The position numbers were made by a program, and so were the translations under genes. The notes beneath the pieces were generated by a model that had not been told where the DNA came from, ran no database searches, and was given only the letters and a program-made list of their open reading frames with translations. From the NCBI RefSeq assembly GCF_009914755.1, contig NC_060931.1: a DNA stretch of 64,000 nucleotides. One strand, given 5' to 3'. This stretch comes from the human T2T-CHM13v2.0 reference genome, Homo sapiens. Numbering within the stretch: the first letter of the stretch is position 1; each line of letters begins with the position of its first letter. Positions 26,271 to 42,781 of the stretch are shown here, piece by piece.

Positions 26271-27425
26271 CATTGAGTTTGTTATTTGTAGGACAAAATA
26301 AAGGGAAAACCTGCTGAGAAACCACATAGGAGCCTATTCTCGTGCATCAGGTCTGAGCTTTTGAGGGACTAGACATTAGCAACAACAGGAAAGGTCTGCA
26401 GGTGACCCTTTGGTTTTATTTTACTCAGAGCAAGATGTCTATTTGGGTCAAATTTAAACATTTGAAGAGAGAAACTCTTACTCCCTGCTGCAGGGATTAA
26501 TCTCACCACTAGTCCTTAGTCAACTTGGTCCATGGAACAATGTCCCCGGTGCTCTAACTAATTCACTGGTGATATTTGCTTTCCCTGAGGGACAGTCATT
26601 TTCTTAATTCTACTCACTGAGTTTTGTTTCTGGAAATGTTGCAGTCTATTGACTATGTAAACATTGTAGTTGCTTTTCCATGAAAACACATAACATTCCT
26701 ATTGTACTGTGTGTACTACTATTGGCTTTTAGAAGAAAGAAAATATAAGTGACTTGGCACCACTGTGAAAGATAGAACATCTGTTTGCTTTGGAATCCAA
26801 GAGAAGCTCTCCACATGGCTTCCCTCTAAAGCAGATTAGTAAGCAACTTGTGGATAAATTATCCCAAGAGCTTCCTTACCCACATGATTAAGATTTTAAT
26901 GTCCCCTACAACTGATTCTGTCATTTTAATGGTTTCATGATATCTATTCTCTGTGGGACAGATTTCTAATGGTACAGGAAGCTGTGGGTTTCTCTGATTT
27001 CCCCTAACTTCTCTTCTTAGGATTTTATGTCCTTTGCTGATCAGCAGAACTTACCTTAGGATATGCTTCCCTGAATCTTTTTTTTTTCTTTTTTCTTTTC
27101 CCACTCATCCATTTACAAGGTCTTACGATAGACAGTGGGTTTACAATGGAAATTGTAATTTCTTCAAGTAAAAAGAAATGAATAAGTTGCAAGTGCTGAT
27201 AGAAAGCTAGTACACAGTTTTAGAAAAGATCAGAGGAGGGACACTCAACGCAGTCTTGAGGTATCAGAAAAGGTTTCTCACAGAAATTACTTTTAAGCTA
27301 CGACTTGAATGGTCTTATCCAACATAAGGATGAGGCAAGGCCAAGGGTGGTTTGCTAACGGTAGGCTATCATTTCAGGGAGAATAAATGGCATGCACAAA
27401 TGCAAGGAGGTAAAAGAATCATTGG

Positions 27426-27928
27426 TTTAATTTGTTCCACTTGTCAATCATTTTTCTTGTTGCAATTGCTTTTGGGGACCTACCCATAAATTCTTTACCA
27501 AGGCCAATGTCCAGAATGGTATTTCCTAGGTTTTCTTCCAGAATTTGTATAGCTTGAGGTCTTACATTTAAATCTTTAATCCATCTCAAGTTAATTTTCA
27601 TATACTGTGAAAGGTAGGGGTCCGGTTTCATTCTTCTGCATATGGCTAATCAGTTATGGTATTCCCGTACCATTTACTGCATAGAGAGCCCTTTACCCAT
27701 TACTTATTTTTGTTGAAACTTAATATAAGAAATAGACACTGGGAACTACTAGAGAGGGGGTGGAGGAGGGGGAACACGGGCTGGAAAACTACCCATTGGG
27801 TACTATAGGGTCACTACTTGGGTGACGGGATCATCTGTATCCCAAACCATAGAGCCATACAACATACCCACGCAATAAATCTCCCTTTGTAACCACTGAA
27901 TCTAAAATCAAACTTACAATTATTTTTA
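27426..27928 (+). mobile_element. Twin-primed (5'-inverted) L1PA13-16-like insertion: antisense ORF2 piece 27426-27715, then sense 3' end 27716-27928
   Basis: ORF 27419-27631(-) [23 protein letters not shown] is L1 ORF2; plus-strand 3'UTR tagacactgggaactactagag...; 14-bp TSD aaaagaatYattgg at 27412-27425 and 27929-27942. Confidence 0.88.
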
Positions 27929-28356
27929 AAAAGAATTATTGGAATGTTTAAGAAACTTTATTTCCATTCACGTGCCTAATCAATTACTTGATTCATTTAG
28001 CATGGCATACACAAACTGTGTTCTATAGTGTATTTTTTCTACAAGATGTTAATACATATGCTTTGAGAGGAAATGTTCTCTGCTCAAATAATTTTGAGAA
28101 ACACTGAAAAGGCTGAATTTTAAACAGGAGATTTATTAGCGCATCTTTTTTTTATTGTACTTTAAGTTTTGGGATACATGGGCAGAACGTGCAGGTTTGT
28201 TACATAGGTATACATGTGCCATGGTGGTTTGCTGCACCCATCAACCCATGTTCTACATGAAGTATTTCTCCTAATGCTATCCCTTCCCTTGACCCACACC
28301 CCCCGACAGGCCCCGGTATGGATGGTCCCCTCCCTGTGTCCATGTGTTCTCATTGT

Positions 28357-32173
<3,817 letters not shown>

Positions 32174-32234
32174 TATGATGCTAGCTGATTATTTTGCCCA
32201 TTAGTTGGTGCTGTTTCTTCATAGTCAATGGTCT

Positions 32235-33248
32235 TTACATTTTGGTTTGTTTTTGCAGTGGCTGGTACCGGTTTTTCCTTTCCATATTTAATGCTTCCTT
32301 CAGGAGCTCTTGTAAGGCAGGCCTGGGGGTGACAAAATCCCTTTGCATTTGCTTGTATGTAAAGGATTTTATTTCTCCTTCACTTATGAAGCTTATTTTG
32401 GCTGGATATGAAATTCTGGGTTGAAAATTCTTTTCTTTAAGGATATTGAATATTGGCCCCCACTCTCTTCTGGCTTGTAGGGTTTCTGCAGAGAGATCTG
32501 TTGTTAGTCTGATGGGCTTCCTTTTGTGAGTAATGTGACCTTTCTCTCTGCTGCCCTTAACATTTTTTCCTTCATTTCAACCTTGGTGAATCTGACGATT
32601 ATGTGTCTTGGGATTGCTCTTCTTGAGGAGTATCTTTGTGGTATTCTCTGTATTTTCTGAATTTGAATGTTGGCCTGTCTTACCAGTTTGGGGAAATTCT
32701 CTTGGATAATATCCTGAAGAGTGTTTTCCAACTTGGTTCCGTTCTCCCCATCACTTTTAGGTACACCAATCAAACGTAGGTTTGGTCTTTTCACATAGTC
32801 TCATATTTCTTGGAGGCTTTATTCATTCCTTTTCATTCTTTTTACTCTAATCTTGTCTTCATGCTTTTTTTTATTAAGTTGATCTTCAATCTCTGTTATT
32901 CTTTCTTCCACTTGATCAATTCAGCTATTCATACTTGTGTATGCTTCACAAAGTTCTCGTGCTGTGTTTTTCATCTCCATCAGATCATTTATGTTCTTCT
33001 TTAAACTGGTTATTCCAGTTAGCAATTTTATCAAGTTTCTTAGCTTCCTTGCATGGGGTTAGAACATGCTCCTTTAGCTTGGAGGACTTTGTTATTACCC
33101 ACCTTCTGAGGTCTACTTCTGTCTATTCATCAAACTCATTCTCTGTCCAGTTTTGTTCCCTTGCTGGTGAGGAGTTGTGATCCTGTGGAGGAGAAGAAGT
33201 GTGCTGGTTTTTGGAATGTTCAGCCTTTTTGCACTGGTTTTTCCTCAT
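32235..33248 (-). pseudogene. L1 ORF1, disrupted
   Basis: Fragment KRPNLRLIGVP...LENTLQDIIQENFP...RHIIVRFTKVEMKEKMLRAA; ATG at 33248 and TAA at 32237-32235. Confidence 0.9.
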
Positions 33249-34599
33249 CTTCATGGATTTATCTACCTTTGGTTTTTGCTGTTGGTGACCTTCAGATGGA
33301 GGTTTTACGTGGACGTACTTTTTGTTTATGTTGATGCTACTGCTTTCTCTTCGTGAGTTTTCCTTCTAACAGTCAAGTCCCTCTTCTGCATGTCCGCTGG
33401 AGTTTGCTGGGGGTCCACTTCAGACCCTGTTTGCCTGGGTGTCACCAGCAGAGGCTGCAGAACAGCAAAGATTGCTGCCTGCTCCTTCCTCTGGAAGCTT
33501 CATCCCAGAGGAGCTCCTGCCAGATGCCAGTCAGAGCTCTCCTGTATGAGGTGTTTGTCAATCCCTGCTGGGAGATGTCTCCCCATCAGGAGGCCCAGGG
33601 GTCAGGGACTTGACCCTTGAGGAGGTAGTCTGTCCCTTGGCAGAGCTTGGGCACTGTGCAGGGAGATCCGCTGCTCTCTTCAGAGCTGGCAGGCAGAAAT
33701 GTTTAAGTTTGCTGAAGCTGCACCCACAGCTGCCCCTCCCCCAAGGTTCTCTGTCCCAGGGATATGGGAATTTTATCTATAACCCCCTGACTGGGGCTGC
33801 TGCCTTTCTTTCAGAGATGCTGTGTCCAGAGAGGAGGAATCTAGAGAGGCAGTCTGGCTATAGTGGTTTGGTAGTGATGTGGTGGGCTCCACCCAGTCCA
33901 CACTTCCCAGAGGCTTTGTTTGCACTGTGAGGGGAAAGCCGCCTACTCAAGCCTCAGTAATGGTGGATGCCCCTCCCCCCACCAAGCTGGAGCATCCCAG
34001 GTGGACTTCAGACTGCTGTGCTGGCAGCGAGAATTTCAAGCCAGTGGATCTTAGCTTGCTGGGCTCCGTGGGTGTGGGATTTACTGAGCAAGACCACTTG
34101 GCTCCCTGGCTTCAGCCCCCATTCCAGGGAAGTGAACAGTTCTGTCTCGCTGGCGTTCCAGGCACCACCGGGGTAAGAAAAAAAAAAACTTCTGCAACTA
34201 GCCCAGTGTCTGCCCAAAGGGCTGCCCAGTTTTGTGCTTGAAACCCAGAGCCCTTGTGGTGTAGGCACCCAAGGGAATCTCCTCCCTGGTCTGTAGGTTG
34301 TGAAGACCATAGAAAAATGTAGTATATGGGTTAGAGAGCACCATTCCTCACGGCACAGTCCTTCACGGCTTCCCTTGGCTAGAGGAAGGAGTTCCCTGAC
34401 CCCTTGCACTTCCTGGGTGAGGCAATGCCCCACCCTGCTTCTGCTTGCCCTCCATGGGCTGCATCCACTGTCTAACAATCTCAATGAAATGAATCTGGTA
34501 CCTCAGTTGGAAAGGCAGAAATCACCTGCCTTCTGCGTTGGTCTCGCTGGGAGCTGCAGACCAGAGCTGTTCCTATTCAGCTATCTTGCTCAGGAATCC
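33249..34599 (-). promoter_or_regulatory. L1 5'UTR: internal sense promoter plus antisense promoter region facing higher coordinates
   Basis: Position upstream of ORF1, GC-richer, typical L1P 5' terminus; activity is not demonstrable from sequence. Confidence 0.7.
33960..34241 (+). CDS. Putative ORF0-like antisense ORF in the L1 5'UTR (93 aa)
   Basis: MVDAPPPTKL...SDCCA...SVGVG..E aligns with the recalled L1HS ORF0 MAGAPPPASL...SDCCA...SVGVGPSE; gtaATGg context; translation unproven. Confidence 0.3.
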   Translation: MVDAPPPTKLEHPRWTSDCCAGSENFKPVDLSLLGSVGVGFTEQDHLAPWLQPPFQGSEQFCLAGVPGTTGVRKKKTSATSPVSAQRAAQFCA

Positions 34600-34930
34600 T
34601 AGAGCATCTTTAATACATCAGTGTGCATTATGGCACAACAAATGAAGAATTGAGCGTAAGAGTTCTCCCAGACTTATTTGACAGTAGAATGGTTTATTCT
34701 ACAGAAAGTTTGTTTAACAATTTGTGGAACTAGTTAGTATTCTATAGAATAAACTTTGTCATTGCTGTTCTAGTATCATGGTAAGGTGCTGGAAACCCTA
34801 ATGCCAATGCTGCAACACACAGCACTGAGGTAAAAGCTGCACATGTGAGCACATATGCATTCCAGCCATATTATTTTTGACCAGCTACTAGGATTTTAAA
34901 GATTACTCGAGTTAATTTTAAAAACCACCT

Positions 34931-35287
<357 letters not shown>

Positions 35288-38084
35288 CTAAGACAGGATT
35301 ACATTTCAATCGTCCAAGATTATTTATAAGAAAGGACCTAGATTAGCATCTTACAATCAATTCCAGCATAGCCTAAATCTACCTGTCTTTTATTTAGAAC
35401 ATAATGTTACTTGAGCATTTCCTTAAGTTCCCTAGGTAGTATTCCACTACAGACGACCAATATTAAGGTATATTTTCTGGGTTGTATGGAGTTCACTCAC
35501 TGGCAAGACCTCTGAGTAAACAGAATTTATAATAACATTGGTATTTTCCATATTCATTTGGCAAAGATCAGCTTCCACACTGAGGTGATTTTTCAACCAG
35601 TGGATGAGGCAAACAAAATCTTCTAATAGCTTTCCATTACTTAAAAGGTTAAAAACAGAGGAGAGGGGGATCTTAAGCATAATGACAGCTCTTCCTTGTT
35701 CTTTTTTATATAAATGAATGGATTCTCAATAACTACACCAAGTGACCCGTCCTATCATCATCCCTCTCTCATCCTAGAAATAGATGAGAACCCAATCAGC
35801 TGATTTATGACTCATTTGGACAGTGATGGAAATGGAGAGGATCGTTCTTTTCAGCAGGCCCCGAACCCACCTCAGAACTATCTTTAAAGTTGAACCCATG
35901 ACTGAGGAAGCACCAAAGCATTTCCTTATTTTGGCAGTTTATTTTTTTTAAATAAGTATTCATCATCTTACTCCCTTTCCTTCTTTAGATACACAATTTT
36001 CCCCTCAAAGATTAAATTATCTATATTAGTACTTTTCTATACCCTAATTATTTAAAAAATCCAAGTAATATGCTTATAGGCCCAATCTCATTAACAATAT
36101 ATTCTAAGCTATAAGCTCTCATTTCAATATAAGAGCAAAGGAAAGCAGGGTGTATAAACTGAATCTGCAAGGTCCTGATCACAGTTAGTTAAATTTACTG
36201 TAGACCACTCAATAGCTTTCCAAACACTGGCCTCCTTATTTCTCACATGTTGGGTTCATCAATTAAGATATATTTGGGCAATTAGCATCAACCACTTTTG
36301 TTCTTCCGTAATTTGCCTGATCATAATTTTGACAATATTTATCTTGTTAAAAATTTGGTCTAAATGTCTCTTACAATGAGCTAAGAAATGTCAAATAATG
36401 ATTTGTTCTACCCTGGGGCAAGCCGTATTCCTAAGCAGATTCAATCAGGAGCACCTGCAAAACATATAAGTTACCCAGGCTTCCTTGTCTATAGGGACCG
36501 TTTTTGTTCCAGATTGAACAGAAGTTTTAGGTTTGCTCAAACTCATTCTTATTGTATATGAAATACACCCTTCTTATAATGGACCCAATTTATTTATTAG
36601 TATATGCATTCATTCATTCACTTATTAACTTATTTTTCTACCTGCATCTGATGCAAAACATCTCACCTTTTTGTACCAGGCAAAACAGAAACGAACAGGC
36701 AAAACCTGAACGAACCAAACAAAAACTGATTTTCTCTTCCGCTTGAGAAAATGCAACTCTAATGTCCTCAACAGTTTCTTACTGCCTCCAGGTATCCTTT
36801 CTTTTTTATTTCTCTTTCTTTTTCTCTTCCTCCTTTCTCTATTTTTCCTTTCCTTAAAGTTCAGGTTCACAGGTCCCTTTCCTCTGTGACCCTGCTCCAG
36901 CACATAGCACAGGGACTGTGTTGAAACAGCAGCAGCCCACAGTCAAAAGTTCCTTCTTTTGCTGCAAGACAATCATTTAGGGGCACCCTCTGTTGCTTCA
37001 GACATATCCCAGCTCTATGTCACTGGGCTTCCTTCTCCACATGTGGGGACTGCCCTTGGGGCTTATCCACTGTTTTCTACATTTGCACACTCTGAAACCA
37101 TGAACATCCTCTCACCATTAAAATCAGAGGTCAAAAGACAGATCTAGAGAAAATTTCTGTCAAAGCTATGCCCAGTCTCCCTACTAGTCATTTGATTAAC
37201 TTAACATCACGTATTGTACACCCAGTGTTTACTTAACATGGTCCTCACAGTTGCAGATACAAACCCTCAAAGACGCTCAAGTGAGTTCATCTGCCACTGT
37301 GCTTCACACTGGCCACAGCTGTGCCAATGGATCAGGGTAGGGCAAATGACAAATGGGTGAACTATACGGAGGCAAGGATGCGTCAGTCGGAGCTACCAGG
37401 GACTATTTCCAAAAGGTTAGCCTTTTAAATGTGCATCCCTCCTTATTCAATCATATTACCCTCTCTGGGGCCACTTACATATTCTCTTAAACACATTCGG
37501 ACTTCAATTAAGTCCATCTCTCTTCAGGGATTGTGTATAACACTCCTTATTGATCCCAACAGTTCCAAATTTTCTTATTTTATTACATATTTTTATAAGC
37601 AAATAGGGTGCAGATTAGTTTAATATTAGTATTTTCCCTTTCTAAAATGAGAAGGAACATTGTGCATGTAAATCATACTTACAAAAATAAATTCACAAAT
37701 ATTTCATCCCTAAAAACAGTAGAATTTTATGTATAATATATTTATTTACATATATGAATATATAAAAATTTATGTATGTAAATATATGTATATTTAGATA
37801 TATATAAAACAATGTATCATTTTCCAGGGAAGGTTCTTTAATAGATACATATATCCAGAATAGTTCAGATACAGATCATAATTAGTCCCAGTGGTTCTTC
37901 ATTAAAAAGGAAAAGAAAAGAAAGGGAAGACAAAAGGAAAGAGAAAGGAGGTCAGGGAAGAGAAGAGGAAAAAAGGAGTGGGAAGAGGAGGTGAGGGAAG
38001 GAGAGGGAAGGGAAAAAGCTGCAGGACAGAAAATACCATGTAATCTGTAGAAAATCAAATTTGAGTCAGTAATTACTAATTTGT

Positions 38085-39085
38085 GTACTAATAGGTAATA
38101 TAATTGAGTGCTCATTATCTGCTGGCCTATATGTTATGTGCTCTACATATATTATCTCATTTAATACTTGTAACAATTTTATAGATTTTTTTCATTGTAG
38201 AGAGAAGGTGACTGAGGCTTAGAAAGGTTAAGTAACTTGTCCAAGGTTACACAGCTCTGCACTGGGATCCAATGGTACCGTCAGCTTCAACCTGTACTCT
38301 TTATTTCTTCTCTCATGACTGTCAACAAATAGAGTAGACAAATAATAATTTACTGGATAATAAGTTCAACTGTGTCCTGCAGCCAATGCTTGCCTAAGAA
38401 AATCAGCAAAAATGAGATAATAAAGCACCAAGTGCATCTAGATGGTGACTTGATTATCTTGTGTTCTTGTCCTGATTATAGGCTGTTGCCATTTTTGTGA
38501 GTCAAAATGGTTGAATATTGGCAATTTTATAAAATTGAGTCTAATAAATATGCCTATACATATACATATATTTTATATATTTATACAAATAAATTTATGA
38601 ATTCATGATAATCAATGCTTATTTAGTATATTCGAATTTAAGAAAATATTTTAAATACTTTTAGAATTTTACAGTCTTCCCACCAAACCTATGAGGTTGG
38701 TGCCATTATTTTCCTCATTTTATAAAAGAGGAAATTAAAGCTTTAGAGGTTTTATAACTTGCTAAAAGTCACATCAAAAGTGACAGAACCAGGGTCTGTT
38801 CCTTATTAGTCTGATTTTAGTACTAATTCTCTTGACCACAATGATATATTGATCCATATTTAATATATGTATTTCTATATGTTTGGGAAAAATCCATGCT
38901 AAGGTTAAAGATTTTTGTTTTTATAGTTTTAACTTTTTGCATCTTTCTTTCATATATCTCCTTTCATTTAATAGATCTTCCTTATTTTTATTTGATATTT
39001 AAAGGGATGAAAGTTAAAACAGTTAAGTAACTAACTCAAAGTCACACAGTGATTAATGACTGGAGAAGGACTCAAATTTATCTTA
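38085..39085 (-). mobile_element. Three MIR fragments (about 38085-38300, 38670-38840, 38980-39085)
   Basis: actgaggcttagaaaggttaagtaacttgtccaaggttacacagct and similar cores. Confidence 0.7.
38477..38545. mobile_element. MADE2-like mariner MITE
   Basis: ttgccatttttgtgagtcaaaatggttgaatattggcaattttataaaattgagtctaata resembles the recalled MADE2; left TIR eroded. Confidence 0.55.
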
Positions 39086-39749
39086 GTATGATGCATACTT
39101 ACGGAAATTCAGATGCTTAATTGAGAAGTAGTTTATATAAAGAGAATAAAACCTATCTTGTCTTGCAAACTAATTGCTAAAGATGTGCATCCATGATACC
39201 CACTGTAGACTCATTAGCCTTTTGTAGGAAGTTCAAGTCCCTCTGCTTTTTGGAGTTCCCACTAGTCATAGGAATATGTATGTCATTATTGACTTTTCCC
39301 CTCCCTCATTCTCCAAATTCAATTATACATTTTAAAACCTAGCATGTCTTCTCCATCCCTTTCATTTATTTCTGCCCTAGGTCCTTTGTTTGCCATGGAT
39401 CATTGCGTGACTTAGGTACTAATCTTTCTGCTCCTGGTTTTGTCCCTTAAAATCCATCCCCTTCACAACTATTTCAGAAATTTACTTAAAATACAAATTT
39501 ATTCATAGTACTTCCTTTTTTAGAACCTTCATCAGATCCCCATCCACTATAGCATGAAGTCTGAGTTTCTTAAGCAGAGCGCATACGTTTTCAACAGTTC
39601 AACTTCTTTCTGACTCTCAGCCACCTCCCTTCACCTCTCCCAGACTCAATTTTGCATTTCCAGCACCATTGAACTTACATGCACTGCAGTTTCTGGCCTT
39701 GTTACATTTACTCAGATTATTCTCTGCTGCATCATCATGATCATATTTA

Positions 39750-41232
39750 TTTTTTAAGACTTTATTTTTTAAAGCAGTTTTAGGTCCATAGCAAAATTAC
39801 AGAGATTTCTTATATACCTCCTACCCTCACACATGCACAGCCTCTACCATTTTCAACATCCTCTATCAGAGTGGTACATTTGTTGCAATGAATATACATT
39901 GAACACATCATTATCACCCAAAGTCCATAGTTTATATTGGGGTTCACTCTTGGTGTTGTACTTTCTATGAGCTTAGACAAATATATAATGACATGTACCC
40001 ATCATTATATTATATGGTGTTTTTTTCACTGCCATAAAAGTCCTCAATGCTCCACCTATTCAGAACTCCATCCCTGGCAATTTCTGCCCACCATTGATCT
40101 TTTTACTGTCTTCACAGTTTTTGCCTTTTCCAGGATGTCATATAGTTGGATTCATACAGTATGCGGTCTTTTCATATTGCTGTCTCTCACGTAACAATAT
40201 GCATTTAATGTTCCCTTATGTCTTTTCATGGCTTGATAACTTACTTGTTTTTAGCATTATGTAATACTCCATTGTCTGGATGTACCACAGTTTATTCATT
40301 CTCCTACTGAAGGATATCTTTGTTGCTTCCACATTATGGCAATTATAAATAAAGCTGCTACAAATGTCTATGTGCAGGTTTTTGTGTGGACATGTTTTTA
40401 ACTTATTTGGGTAAACATCAAGAAGCATATAATTATTTGCTGGATCTTATGGTAAGAGTATGTTGAGTTTTGTAAGAAACCACTGAATTATCTTCCAAAG
40501 TGGCTGTGCCATTTTTCAATTCCACCAGCAGTAGATGAATGTTTCTCTCGCCCCACAACCTCTCCAGGATTTGGTGTTGTCAGTGATCCAGATTATGGCC
40601 ATTCTAATAAATGTGTAGTAGTTATCTCATTGTCTTGATTTGCATTTCCTTGATGGCATATGATATAAAGTATCTTTCCATATGCTAATTTACCATCTGT
40701 ATATGTTTTCTGGTGAGTTATCCATTAAGATAACTGTGGGTTTGTCTTTTCATTTCTCTCAGTCTGTGGCTTCTTTGCTCATTGTCTTCACATTGTCATT
40801 CACAGAGAAGTTTACAATATTAATGAAGTTCAGTTTATCAATTATTTATTTCATGGATTGCCTTTGGTGTTGTATTTTAAAAGTCATCACCATACCCAAA
40901 GTCATGTAGTTTTTTCCCATATGTTACCTTCTAGGATTTTTATAGCTTTGCATTTTACAATTAGGTCTTTGATCCACTTTGAGCTAATTTTTGTGAAGGG
41001 AGTAAGGTCTGTGCTTAGATTCATTGGTTTTTTGCATGCAGATGTCCAGGTATTTCAGCATAATTTGTTGAAAAGACTATCTTTGCTCCATTGTATTGCC
41101 TATGCTCCTTTGTCAAAAATGAGTTGACTATATTCATGTGGGTCTATTTCTGAGCTCTCTATTATGTTCCCTTGATATATTTGTCTATTATTTTGCCAAT
41201 ACCAAACTGTTTTGATTACTACAGCTTTACAC
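39750..41232 (-). mobile_element. L1MC1-like 3' region
   Basis: agcagttttaggtccatagcaaaatt...cagagtggtacatttgtt...cattatcacccaaagtccatagttta; ORF 40216-40428 is an L1 ORF2 C-terminus. Confidence 0.85.
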
Positions 41233-41829
41233 ATATTTTTACAATACATTGTTGAGATAGGTACCATATTGTTCCATTGGAGAACACTGCCAAGCTTGGA
41301 TTAACTTAGCTACCATCTGGAGGTGAGGAGGGAGGTGCACTTTTTCATAGATATTTATATAGATTGACAATCTTCTCTTGATTTTATTTTTCTTTGATGA
41401 AAATCCTTCCTCTGCCACGTCTGTCTGATAAAATTATATGCATAATCAATTTTCAATGATTCTGTATGATGAAACTTAGCAAATATACTCTTTGTCATGG
41501 AGGCAAACTACAGTAGCTGATTACCATTTTTTAATGAGAGCTAGGGTTACAATACTTACTATTATCACACTTATTTTAAGCTGAAGGCCTTTACTCAGAC
41601 CATGTTTCTCAGAGTCACTTCTCTTTGAGTACATGTGATTCTATTCTCAGGCCTAAGTGAGATGCCAGTCTTCCATGTTCCTGGAGGAGTAAACCTTTGT
41701 CCTGACAGGTGCATGTACTTCAGATGTTGGTGTCTAACTTGAGTCACAACAGACTTTTCTCTCAAGAATTCCAGTTTAGGATCTGTCCTTGTAAAGACTA
41801 ATATACTCCATTTTTCTGTTTGTTGTAAT

Positions 41830-41990
41830 TATTTTTACTGTTTCCCACACATGTTTTGTTTCTCTTTTCTACCAGGTTGTTAGCGACATGAGTACAGGGT
41901 CTGGATCTTACCCATTCAAGAGTGTATTCTCAGCACCCAATGCCTGGCATATAGTAAGTGCTCAATAAATTTTTAATGAATAAATTAATA
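41830..41990 (+). mobile_element. L2 3' end
   Basis: tgcctggcatatagtaagtgctcaataaat...aatgaataaat. Confidence 0.75.
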
Positions 41991-42439
41991 CATTTATAGA
42001 CAAAACATTAAGTTGTTGTGAAGTCACAATAATCCTTTGGAAAGGTAAATATGTCAAGTAAAATTAAACATCAGTTACTCTTATGAAATAATATTAATCT
42101 GGGTTGTCGTGTTAGGATATTTCTATTAACTTCCACTTAAACAGAACAACCCACAGACCAGGGACAAACTATTCACTAAGAACTATTTGTTATTCCAAAT
42201 CAAGTTGATTCAACTTGTCAGGAAAAATGTTCTACACCCTACCGTAAGCACGTGACTTAATACATCAAAATTTCCTGAGTTTTTTAAATTTTCAAAATCT
42301 TCTGCCCTTAATGATGAATTTCCTCTAGAAGCAATATTTTAGTATTTGCAAATTCAGCGTTCACGTTGATTTTATAGAACGTAACTACCATCAGTAACAA
42401 GGATTGACTGACTCTCTCTCTCCCTCTGTCTTTCTCTCT

Positions 42440-42781
42440 ATCTAAAGAGATTTCTTTTAAGGAATTGAATCATGAAACTATGAGAACTGGCAATTCTGAA
42501 ATCATTAAGGCAGGCCAGCAGGCTACAAACTCACACAGGAGTTGGTGTTGCAATCTTGAGGTAGAATTTATTCTCCAAGAAACCTTAGTTTTTACTCTCA
42601 AGGTTTCAACTGATGGATGAGGCCCTGCATTATTAAGAAAAATCTCATTTACTTAAATTCAACTGATTGTACACGTTAATTATATATACAAAATACCTTC
42701 ACAGCAACACCTAGATTTGTGTTTGATTAAATAACTAGGAACTATGTCACAATCAAATTGACACATAAAATTAACTATCAA
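42440..42781 (-). mobile_element. MLT2 (MLT2D-like) ERVL LTR
   Basis: gagatttcttttaaggaattg...aggcaggccagcaggct...ttcaactgatggatgaggccc...aattgacacataaaattaactatca. Confidence 0.8.

Noticed and set aside
42201-42217. 17-bp near-palindrome caagttga-t-tcaacttg
   Set aside because: 8-bp arms are expected occasionally in 64 kb of AT-rich DNA; no supporting context.
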